A stretch of DNA of 52,637 bases. It comes from a virus. The notes beneath the pieces were generated by a model. That model did not search any database and was not told the DNA's origin. It saw only the letters and a list, made by a program, of their open reading frames with translations. Every line of letters begins with the position of its first letter. Positions within the stretch are counted from its first letter, which is position 1. Of the stretch, positions 30,502 through 37,318 are shown one piece after another. The position numbers and the translations under genes are program-made. The stretch spans positions 1 through 52,637 of IMG/VR virus record IMGVR_UViG_3300035041_000009; one strand, given 5' to 3'.

Positions 30502-31092
30502 ATGGAAAACTACTGCGTTCTTATCGACCCCGGCCACGGAGGTATCTTCTCCGGTGCCGTAGCGGGCGGTGTGAAGGAAAAAGATATTACTCTTGGCGTG
30601 TCGTACCAGTTGTTCGAGAGATTGCGCGAGAAGGGCATACACGCGCTTATGACGCGCATGGCAGACCACGAGCTGAAACTAGACCTTGGCGCTGACCTTC
30701 AGGAGCGGTGCAACATCGAACACAAAATAAAGCCCGCGCTCTTTATCTCACTCCACTGCAACGCTGCATCCAGCGAGCAAGCACACGGGTTTGAAGTTTT
30801 CACCTCGCCCGGAGAAACCCCGTCAGACGCAACCGCCGCAAATATCTACACCTACATGCAGGCGGATCATCCGAATATCACTTACCGCACCGACTACAGC
30901 GACGCCGACCCGGACAAGGAAGCAAACTTTGCGGTCCTCACCGGCACGCGCGGCCCTGCGGTATTGGTAGAGCTTGGCTTTCTGACCAACCCCGAAGAAC
31001 GCAAGCGCCTGACCAGCCCCCACTATACAAGCGCAATCGCTGAAACAATCGCAGAAGCAATCATTGCATCCCCCTGGCTCTTCGGGAGGTGA
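30502..31092 (+). CDS. N-acetylmuramoyl-L-alanine amidase (Amidase_3) endolysin
   Basis: LIDPGHGG...SLHCNA...GFEVF...ELGFLTN signatures. ATG 30502 was chosen because the track start (30436) lies on the predicted promoter. Confidence 0.85.
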   Translation: MENYCVLIDPGHGGIFSGAVAGGVKEKDITLGVSYQLFERLREKGIHALMTRMADHELKLDLGADLQERCNIEHKIKPALFISLHCNAASSEQAHGFEVFTSPGETPSDATAANIYTYMQADHPNITYRTDYSDADPDKEANFAVLTGTRGPAVLVELGFLTNPEERKRLTSPHYTSAIAETIAEAIIASPWLFGR

Positions 31093-31415
31093 AATTGTCG
31101 GAAACGTGCCACGACATACACAACAAAGTTGGGAACCTGAAAGTAACCGTAACCCTGGTTCTGGCAGCGTTCGGAACCATCCTGGTGTTGACCGGATATA
31201 ACATCAACCAGACCCTACAAACGCGGCAGGAAATGATCCGCACGATGGGCGAAATGCGCACCGAGATACGCGAAGATGTAGCGCGGATCGGCGGGCAAAT
31301 GAGCGCCACAAGTCTACGCATTAAGCATCTGGATGACCGCATATTTGAAAACCGGGAATTACTTGTGGATCACGAAAAGCGGATACAGAGGCTAGAAAAG
31401 CATGGGGGAGAATAA
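31089..31415 (+). CDS. Membrane-anchored coiled-coil lysis protein (i-spanin- or holin-like)
   Basis: One TM segment (VTVTLVLAAFGTILVLTGY) followed by a charged helix. Overlaps the amidase stop. An alternative TTG at 31095 lies 5 nt after GGAGG. Confidence 0.65.
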   Translation: MKLSETCHDIHNKVGNLKVTVTLVLAAFGTILVLTGYNINQTLQTRQEMIRTMGEMRTEIREDVARIGGQMSATSLRIKHLDDRIFENRELLVDHEKRIQRLEKHGGE

Positions 31416-31418
31416 CGG

Positions 31419-31586
31419 GTGCATAGCAATCAAGGCCTACGGAACCTGTCGCTTGAAGAGTTGCAAGGGGTGTCACGCGCAACCTGGCAACGTTGCCCGT
31501 ACTCGTGCTGTGGAGTTTGCCCGTGCCGGACAGCCCGGCAGTGCAGTGCTTGGGATAGATGGCCCTGCAAGGTAGCGGAGGAATAA
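31419..31586 (+). CDS. 55-aa cysteine-rich protein (not in ORF track)
   Basis: GTG follows GGGGGAG. RCPYSCCGVCPCRTARQCSAWDRWPC contains 8 Cys. It abuts the next start. Confidence 0.45.
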   Translation: MHSNQGLRNLSLEELQGVSRATWQRCPYSCCGVCPCRTARQCSAWDRWPCKVAEE

Positions 31587-31712
31587 TTGAAAAAACTCAG
31601 ATACATATTTCTGGCAATCAAGTTTTTACTTCAAGGCGACAACCTTCAAGAAGCCCGGAGGTTCGCCGCTAAGCTGGTGTACGGGTTTAAGCGGGCAGGT
31701 GGAAAGGGGTAG
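31587..31712 (+). CDS. 41-aa basic peptide (not in ORF track)
   Basis: TTG lies 6 nt after GGAGG (31576-31580) and immediately follows the preceding TAA. Confidence 0.4.
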   Translation: MKKLRYIFLAIKFLLQGDNLQEARRFAAKLVYGFKRAGGKG

Positions 31713-31715
31713 CGG

Positions 31716-31967
31716 ATGGTAGCCGTAAATTATGATCCGATATTCGGATACACAGGTCTAGATACCACCAAGGCCACGCAAAAACAAAAGGAGGGAAACG
31801 TGTTTAAAATAATGAGCGACATGGCAGAGATGCCCACAAGATTGCCCCTTAACGCACCCAAGCGGGAGCAGGGGCGGAGAATGAAGATGAAAAACGGCCT
31901 CATGCACGCATCGGATGGCAGAGTGTACGACCCTCGCCCCGACGGGTGGAGGCGTGTTCATGGGTAG
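31716..31967 (+). CDS. Hypothetical protein (83 aa)
   Basis: Track ORF. ATG follows GGAAAGGGG. Confidence 0.6.
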   Translation: MVAVNYDPIFGYTGLDTTKATQKQKEGNVFKIMSDMAEMPTRLPLNAPKREQGRRMKMKNGLMHASDGRVYDPRPDGWRRVHG

Positions 31968-32038
31968 TGACACAAAAAGGCCGAACGGAGATGGCAAGGG
32001 TTCAAGCCTGAAACACGAGTGGCCGGATATTTAAACAA

Positions 32039-32122
32039 GGGCGCGTTGGGCAGGTGGTGAGCCCCACAGACTGTAAATCTGTCGCTAACGCTTTGGTAGT
32101 TCGATTCTACCCGCGCCCACCA
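32039..32122 (+). tRNA. tRNA-Tyr (anticodon GTA), class II with long variable arm, CCA encoded
   Basis: Folded by hand. Acceptor GGGCGCG/CGCGCCC, D stem GGGC/GCCC, anticodon arm ACAGA-CTGTAAA-TCTGT, T arm GGTAG-TTCGATT-CTACC, discriminator A, then CCA. Confidence 0.85.
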
Positions 32123-32249
32123 TAAAGTACCCGCTCTGCGCAAGCATCGGGCTCAAGTCCGCAATAGCGGCATAGCTCACCTGCCAGGACGTAGGCGGAG
32201 TAACGGGGTTGTTGCATGGCATCCCCAGCTGACTAAAACAGGAGGAAGC

Positions 32250-32744
32250 ATGAAACAGTACATCGGAGTAAAAATTATCAACGCAAAACCCATGAACCGC
32301 CAAGAGTACAACGACTTCCGTGGCTGGAAGCTTCCCGAAGATGAAAATGGCGCAGATGAGGGTTACCTGGTCGAGTATGTAGACGGTGGGCAGGCCAATA
32401 CCGAGCAATACGAGGGCTGTGTAAGTTGGTCGCCTAAGGATGTTTTCGAGCGCGCCTACCGCCAGACTGAAGGCATGACATTCGGCATGGCAATAGAGGC
32501 GGCAAAGAAGGGCTGCAAGATCGCACGTAAAGGTTGGAACGGTAAAGGTATGTTCCTGTATTACGTCCCGGCCAATAAATATCCTGCTGTCAATAACAAT
32601 TTGGGAACAATGATGGGTGTCTTTGAAAACGATATGGTTCCCTATGGCGCGTATATCGCGATGAAAACTGCGCAAGATAACGTGGTGCCGTGGCTTGCTT
32701 CGCAAACTGACGTGTTATCTGAAGATTGGGAGATTGTCCGCTAA
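32250..32744 (+). CDS. N4-gp49/Sf6-gp66-like N-terminal domain fused to a DUF2829 (Tad2-like) domain
   Basis: N-terminus: IINAKPMNRQEYNDFRGWKLPEDENGADEGYLVEY...VSWSPKDVFERAY. C-terminus: MTFGMAIEAAKKGCKIARKGWNGKGMF...VPWLASQTDVLSEDWEIV. Confidence 0.8.
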   Translation: MKQYIGVKIINAKPMNRQEYNDFRGWKLPEDENGADEGYLVEYVDGGQANTEQYEGCVSWSPKDVFERAYRQTEGMTFGMAIEAAKKGCKIARKGWNGKGMFLYYVPANKYPAVNNNLGTMMGVFENDMVPYGAYIAMKTAQDNVVPWLASQTDVLSEDWEIVR

Positions 32745-32971
32745 TGGGCAAGATAGAAGTTTTGCCGGAGCAAAGATGGGGTGCGGACGCCGCGCTTCAC
32801 TCCGCTCTGGAATCCATAGGCCCTGAAGATAAGGTGTTGATATTGGGCATTGTGACCCTTGATGACGGTTCGACACAGCGAGTGATGCGTTCTGCGAACA
32901 TGACGCAAGGCGAGGCCCTGTTTGAAGTGGAGCTCAGAAAACTGGAACTATTGACTGAGGCGGAGGACTGA
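32744..32971 (+). CDS. Hypothetical protein (75 aa)
   Basis: TAATG overlap with the upstream stop. Confidence 0.6.
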   Translation: MGKIEVLPEQRWGADAALHSALESIGPEDKVLILGIVTLDDGSTQRVMRSANMTQGEALFEVELRKLELLTEAED

Positions 32972-33112
32972 GTGGCGGAAAGTAAGTGCAAAGCCCCAAC
33001 AGAAGTGTACCAGCGGGTAACCGGCTTCATGCGCCCAGTCCAGACATACAACAAAGGGAAGGCTGAGGAATACCGCGAACGCGTCAACTACAAACCGGAG
33101 GTAACGCCATGA
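32972..33112 (+). CDS. 46-aa stand-alone NrdD-type glycyl-radical-domain peptide (not in ORF track)
   Basis: GTG lies 5 nt after GGAGG (32962-32966). MAESKCKAPTEVYQRVTGFMRPVQTYNKGKAEEYRERVNYKPEVTP resembles the class III RNR C-terminus (..vysRvtGYlrpv..wN.GK..E...R). Confidence 0.55.
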   Translation: MAESKCKAPTEVYQRVTGFMRPVQTYNKGKAEEYRERVNYKPEVTP

Positions 33113-33285
33113 AAAGACTACTCACACTATTTATCATCACCCTCATGCTGTCCGGCTGCGGCCTCAACTGGGAGGCGGGCTTTAGCGTGGGCGTTGATCT
33201 GGCAGAGCTGCGCAAAGAGCGCGAAGCCCAGGGCAAGCCACACATTGAAGATGTAGTATTCGGTGATGAAGATGCAGAAGATTGA
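33109..33285 (+). CDS. Small lipoprotein (58 aa, not in ORF track)
   Basis: ATGA overlap with the upstream stop. MKRLLTLFIITLMLSGC has an LSGC lipobox. Acidic C-terminus. Confidence 0.65.
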   Translation: MKRLLTLFIITLMLSGCGLNWEAGFSVGVDLAELRKEREAQGKPHIEDVVFGDEDAED

Positions 33286-33709
33286 TAGCATTGTCACATA
33301 TAAGAGCGGATACAAGCACCAGAACGATAAGCTGAGGGTGTACCAGACACGCATATGCCCACCCCAGGTGGTAGAATCCCGCTATATCACCTTAAACACA
33401 GACGGGCGCCTATTTATCAACGGCGCATACGCATGGGACGGCCCTACCGGCGTGCCGGAGTGGCTGGTGAAACGCTGGATGAAGTGGCTCATGCGCCCAA
33501 GCCTGATCCATGACGCTCTGTGTCAACTCGCCCGCGAAGGTCTGCTATCCCCCAAATACGCGGAGCAGATAGATATTGAGTTTAAGCTGGCGTGCCACCA
33601 AGACGCGCGTTGGAAGTGGCTTGGCAATACGGCTTACTTCTTTGTGCGCAAGTTCGGCAGTTTTGCCACCGACCCCGCAAACAAGCGGCCAATCCTCACG
33701 GCCCCTTAA
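33263..33709 (+). CDS. DUF1353-like protein
   Basis: YAWDGPTGVP...SLIHDALCQL pattern. The start is ambiguous (GTG 33263, ATG 33266 or ATG 33272). Confidence 0.65.
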   Translation: MMKMQKIDSIVTYKSGYKHQNDKLRVYQTRICPPQVVESRYITLNTDGRLFINGAYAWDGPTGVPEWLVKRWMKWLMRPSLIHDALCQLAREGLLSPKYAEQIDIEFKLACHQDARWKWLGNTAYFFVRKFGSFATDPANKRPILTAP

Positions 33710-34784
33710 TGCCATTGCCCCCGGTAGCCCCTCCTTCTGCCGGGGGATTTTTTAACACCGCGTCCCGCAACGCCTCCGCCATCTCCTGCAGCTGCGGATC
33801 GTACCTGTGTCTGTTGTACGTCTGCGTCAGTTTGTCTACAGAGTGCCCCAGGAACCGATGTATCAGGAAATCGTCAAAACCTTCCGCTGCAAGGATTGTG
33901 GCACATGTCCGGCGAATATCATGCGGGCGATACCTGCGCTTATGCCTCGCACAGTGCGTGGCAAGCCCGCCCTTGGTAGATAGGCCAAACACTCGACCTT
34001 CGCCCTCTCCGATGAACTCCAGAGCCTCAGAGACAAGATAAACGCGCTTATATGTTTTCTTGCCACCCTTGATCTGCTCACATATCCACCACTCTCCGTC
34101 AATGTCGGAATACTTTACACCCTTGCACTCGCCGCCGCGCTGCCCGGTTAGAAGCATAAAATATAGCACCCGGTCTGCTTCGGATTGATCCCTGCGCGCG
34201 ACGATCTCCGCTATCTCTTCACTGTTTAGCACGACCCGGCGCGGCCCGTTCTCTTTAGCTTTGCGCAGATTCACACATGGGTTTGCTTCAATCCAGCCCA
34301 TTTGGCAAGCATAGGTGCATATCCTTGACACCCTGGACTTTGTGATATTGTATTGCCGCGGCGTGCTTTTTTTATGTTCGAGCAATTCAGCCACATGCAC
34401 ACGCTTTAGCTTGTCAATCGGCATATCCCCGATGTAGGGGTAAACGTCCTGCTTCAGAGAACGCTTGGCCTCCTTTCCCTCGTCTGCGTAGTTGAAGGTT
34501 TCTATAGCCTTTTTAGCGACCTGCTCAAAGGTGAGCCCCGGCCTGCCGATGTCTCCGCGCTCTCTTTGAGACACCAGCTTTGCATGGGCCTGACGCGCTT
34601 CGTGTAGTCCAAGTGCCGGGTAACCACCTATGCGCTTTTGTTTACGCTTGCCCTTTTCCTGAAAGCGGTAGTACCAGGTTTTCTTTCCGGACGGCTCTAT
34701 GTATAGTGTCAAGCCGTCGCCGTCGGTGACAGAATACCGCTTTTCTTTCGGTTTCAGGCTCTTTACTTTTCGGTCTGATAACAT
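33696..34784 (-). CDS. int: Tyrosine integrase, P4-type (Arm/DUF4102 N-terminus)
   Basis: MLSDRKVKSLKPKEKRYSVTDGDGLTLYIEPSGKKTWYYRF at the N-terminus. Catalytic region HDIRRTCATILA...LGHS...Y. ATG 34784 lies 5 nt after GGAGG. Confidence 0.9.
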   Translation of the reverse strand: MLSDRKVKSLKPKEKRYSVTDGDGLTLYIEPSGKKTWYYRFQEKGKRKQKRIGGYPALGLHEARQAHAKLVSQRERGDIGRPGLTFEQVAKKAIETFNYADEGKEAKRSLKQDVYPYIGDMPIDKLKRVHVAELLEHKKSTPRQYNITKSRVSRICTYACQMGWIEANPCVNLRKAKENGPRRVVLNSEEIAEIVARRDQSEADRVLYFMLLTGQRGGECKGVKYSDIDGEWWICEQIKGGKKTYKRVYLVSEALEFIGEGEGRVFGLSTKGGLATHCARHKRRYRPHDIRRTCATILAAEGFDDFLIHRFLGHSVDKLTQTYNRHRYDPQLQEMAEALRDAVLKNPPAEGGATGGNGIKGP

Positions 34785-34930
34785 GCCCGCCTCCATGTGC
34801 CATTTCATGTGCCAGTGATGGGTTACAATGTGACACAACATGACACATAAAGTCTATATGTTGTTTTACAAGGTACTGAAATTGCAGGTATTTTTTCATA
34901 CATTCCAGTTACTTACAAAACCCGGAATTA

Positions 34931-34977
34931 GCCTCCTAAGCGATAGGCCGCAGGTTCGAATCCTGCCGGGACCGCCA
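34931..34977 (+). other. attP core: 3' portion (anticodon loop to CCA) of a tRNA-Arg(CCU)
   Basis: GCCTCCTAAGCGATAGGCC-GCAGG-TTCGAAT-CCTGC-CGGGACC-G-CCA. No matching 5' acceptor strand (GGTCCCG) lies upstream, so it is a fragment. It is adjacent to int. Confidence 0.7.
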
Positions 34978-34982
34978 TAAAA

Positions 34983-35018
34983 AACAAGCCCTTAGCCGTG
35001 AATGGTTAAGGGCTTGTT
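34983..35018. terminator. Perfect 12-bp hairpin flanked by an A-run and a T-run (bidirectional terminator candidate)
   Basis: AACAAGCCCTTA (34983-34994) pairs with TAAGGGCTTGTT (35007-35018). A6 upstream, TATTT downstream. Confidence 0.6.
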
Positions 35019-35053
35019 ATTTGCCATGTGCCACCCCATGTGCCATCTTCAAG

Positions 35054-35082
35054 CAAAAAAATAGCCCGGCGCGAACCGGGCG
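35054..35082 (-). terminator. Rho-independent terminator of the moron cassette
   Basis: Minus strand reads GCCCGG-TTCGCG-CCGGGC, followed by TATTTTTTT. Confidence 0.7.
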
Positions 35083-35088
35083 TGGGGC

Positions 35089-35364
35089 TTAATAGCTGTA
35101 TGTGCCCCTGGTACCGTAGTGCTTTTTATTGTACGTGGGTGATTTGTCTGTCCACGTCCGACTTCTGGTCCCCATCTTGCCCGTGTTCGGGTTGTAGTTT
35201 CCCTTTACGGAGTAATTGTTGTTGTAACTGCTGTCCGGCGTTGAGCGGTAATGCCCGCTTACATAGGTGCCGTCAGATTTAACGTATGGCTTCACGAATG
35301 TTGCCGCGAATGTTGGAGCTGCGATTAGTGCGAATACTGCTAGTGCTACGATTACCTTTTTCAT
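35089..35364 (-). CDS. Secreted Y/N/S/T/K-rich small protein (91 aa)
   Basis: Signal peptide MKKVIVALAVFALIAAPTFA-AT. The mature part contains KSDGTYVSGHYRSTPDSSYNNNYS..GNYNPNTGK. Confidence 0.75.
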   Translation of the reverse strand: MKKVIVALAVFALIAAPTFAATFVKPYVKSDGTYVSGHYRSTPDSSYNNNYSVKGNYNPNTGKMGTRSRTWTDKSPTYNKKHYGTRGTYSY

Positions 35365-35366
35365 GT

Positions 35367-35504
35367 CTACATTCCTTTCTGGTTAAGTTTTTCCTGATAC
35401 CTATGTAGGCGCAGAAAGTGAAGCCCTGCTTGTGCCATACGACGCTGAAAATAGCCTGGCAGGGCGCGGTGGATAGATAATAGTCTTTTTTCCCGTGGAC
35501 TCAT
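35367..35504 (-). CDS. 45-aa basic peptide (not in ORF track), co-transcribed with the secreted protein
   Basis: Strong SD (GGAGAGAGACA) before the ATG. The stop lies 2 nt before the next ATG. Confidence 0.45.
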   Translation of the reverse strand: MSPREKRLLSIHRALPGYFQRRMAQAGLHFLRLHRYQEKLNQKGM

Positions 35505-35604
35505 TGTCTCTCTCCTTCAAAAGTATAAGTATATATGAATAACATTATTTAAATGTACTTCCAGGGGAGATTGAAAACAAGACTGTGCCTATAAAATCCT
35601 CATG

Positions 35605-36027
35605 CTATTTTTTCCGGTTATTCTTTTCCATCCATATCCCATTTATGTATTCACGCACTTGCTGTTGCGCATCAGCGTTCAAATCGCGGAACGATTGTAT
35701 TAACCACGCCTCCACGCCACTTATTGTTCCCAGGTAAACCTGACTCCCCGTCTCGGTAATGTGCGGAGCGTCTACGGATGTTTCGCGCACTGTTGCAGAC
35801 CTGGGGAACTCCAGCAAACCCGTAGGGCGCTCCCCCGTTCGTAACCATGTGGGATCGCAATCAACTTTTTGTGATATTTCCCAGATTTTGTTGTCCGGAA
35901 TTTTTTCCCTATTATTCCACATGCTGAGCGTGCCAGCCTTAAACCCTATAATTTCAGCTATTTCCTTCAATTCCTCAACACCGAGGTGCTTTCTCAGCCT
36001 TTCAATTTGTGGGCAAAAACCTTTCAT
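35605..36027 (-). CDS. CI-like repressor (Phage_CI_repr HTH)
   Basis: LKEIAEIIGFKAGTLSMWNNREKIPDNKIWEISQKVDCDPTWLRTGE. Divergent from the early operon. An alternative GTG start lies at 36081. Confidence 0.8.
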   Translation of the reverse strand: MKGFCPQIERLRKHLGVEELKEIAEIIGFKAGTLSMWNNREKIPDNKIWEISQKVDCDPTWLRTGERPTGLLEFPRSATVRETSVDAPHITETGSQVYLGTISGVEAWLIQSFRDLNADAQQQVREYINGIWMEKNNRKK

Positions 36028-36043
36028 AGCGTGATATTTCCTG

Positions 36044-36072
36044 TTGACACCCCACACAATGTGGGTTAGTGT
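36044..36072 (+). promoter_or_regulatory. Rightward early promoter with an embedded palindromic operator
   Basis: TTGACA (36044-36049), a 17-nt spacer and TAGTGT (36067-36072). The spacer contains CCCACA-CAA-TGTGGG (36051-36065). Confidence 0.6.
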
Positions 36073-36149
36073 TGGTTTCACAAGGGCGCACAGAGGCGCA
36101 TCAGCGAATATTTAAGGCTAAACAATACCACAAAAAGGAGGTGAATCAC

Positions 36150-36344
36150 ATGGAACAAAAAGCAACCTTGCTCAGCATCAGAGAGGCAGCGGAGTACCTG
36201 GGAGTATCCAAAAGCACCCTGCGGATCAAGCTCAATAACGGGCAATGGAAGATTCCCAGCGTCGAGTTTGGCACTGACTCACTCCGCAGGTACGACATTC
36301 GCGACCTGGACGAGTTTATTAGCCGCTACAAGGTTAGCGCGTAA
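36150..36344 (+). CDS. Cro/excisionase-type HTH protein (64 aa)
   Basis: ATG follows AAGGAGG. LSIREAAEYLGVSKSTLRIKL is a MerR/Xis-type HTH. Confidence 0.75.
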   Translation: MEQKATLLSIREAAEYLGVSKSTLRIKLNNGQWKIPSVEFGTDSLRRYDIRDLDEFISRYKVSA

Positions 36345-36393
36345 GGAAACCTTAACGCAGAATCCGGCGGGCGCAAGGAAAGGAAAAATTAAA

Positions 36394-37029
36394 ATGACGG
36401 AAATAGTCAAGGCAACATTCGAGGATGAAGAAATTAGCTTCCGCGAAGATGGTTGGTTCAATGCAACGGAAGCGGCGGCAAAATTCGGGCGCATCCCGAA
36501 TGACTGGTTACGTCTTCCGGACGCAAAAGCGTACATCGGGGCGCTGGAGAGAAAATACGGGAAAATCTCGTATTACAAAACAAGACGGGGGCGGAGCGGC
36601 GGAACATGGATGCACCCCAAACTAGGCGTTGTATTCGCCAGATGGCTAAACATTGACTTTGCGCTTTGGTGCGATGAACAAATCGACAACATCCTTCGCG
36701 GAAAGATCGACGCTAAGCGTATGCGTCACGAGGCAGCAGCATCGTTCAAGGTGATGCAGGACATGCTCCACGATGTACGCAACGGCAACGGCAAGATCAC
36801 AAAGCCGTATCACTACAGCAACGAAGCCCGCCTTATCAATTACGCGCTCACTGGTGAGTTTGGCCGTGTGGACCGAGACACGCTACCGGCGCATGAGCTG
36901 GATGCCCTGGCTTTGCTGGAAAAGAAAAACACCGTCCTGCTCGGGCGCGGCGTTGACTACAGAGACCGTAAAAAGATGCTTGAGCAGTACGCGCTTGATT
37001 TAAGGGCAAGCAAGGAGATTGCGGCATGA
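36394..37029 (+). CDS. KilA-N domain protein (antirepressor-like)
   Basis: FREDGWFNATEAAAKFGRIPNDWLRL...GGTWMHPKLGVVFARWLNIDFALWCDEQI. Confidence 0.8.
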   Translation: MTEIVKATFEDEEISFREDGWFNATEAAAKFGRIPNDWLRLPDAKAYIGALERKYGKISYYKTRRGRSGGTWMHPKLGVVFARWLNIDFALWCDEQIDNILRGKIDAKRMRHEAAASFKVMQDMLHDVRNGNGKITKPYHYSNEARLINYALTGEFGRVDRDTLPAHELDALALLEKKNTVLLGRGVDYRDRKKMLEQYALDLRASKEIAA

Positions 37030-37208
37030 ACTTCCTACGCATGACTGACTTGCAGCGCAAGTTTAGCGTCTCGCGCAAAACCCTGTGGCGCTGGCGCAAG
37101 GCGCACGGCTTTCCCAAGCCGGTGCAGATCGGCGGGGAAGGAATACAACTCTGGATCAAAGAGGAGGTGGAAGAATGGGCGCAAGAAAAAGCACAAAGAA
37201 CCGCATAG
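37026..37208 (+). CDS. AlpA-family regulator or excisionase
   Basis: LRMTDLQRKFSVSRKTLWRWRKAHGFPKPVQIG. Confidence 0.8.
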   Translation: MNFLRMTDLQRKFSVSRKTLWRWRKAHGFPKPVQIGGEGIQLWIKEEVEEWAQEKAQRTA

Positions 37209-37318
37209 AGAACGCGGTGCTGACAATCATCGTTCTCACCCTTCTGGCAACGTGTTTTTACCTGACCTTCAAGGAAGGTGGAGCATGGGATTACAACATG
37301 GAGCAGGTGTTGAAATGA
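37175..37318 (+). CDS. 47-aa membrane peptide
   Basis: ATG follows GAGGAGG. TM segment AVLTIIVLTLLATCFYL. Overlaps the AlpA-family gene's 3' end. Confidence 0.5.
   Translation: MGARKSTKNRIENAVLTIIVLTLLATCFYLTFKEGGAWDYNMEQVLK

Noticed and set aside
31981-32038. A GGTTCAAGCC T-loop-like string just upstream of tRNA-Tyr, possibly a second tRNA.
   Set aside because: No acceptor or anticodon stems can be drawn around it.
32085-32705. A 206-aa minus-strand ORF.
   Set aside because: It runs antisense through the DUF2829 gene and the tRNA-Tyr. It has no SD and no recognisable motifs.
34900-34977. A complete tRNA gene next to the integrase.
   Set aside because: Only the anticodon loop through CCA can be folded. 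No 5' acceptor strand or D arm lies upstream. It is interpreted as the attP core.
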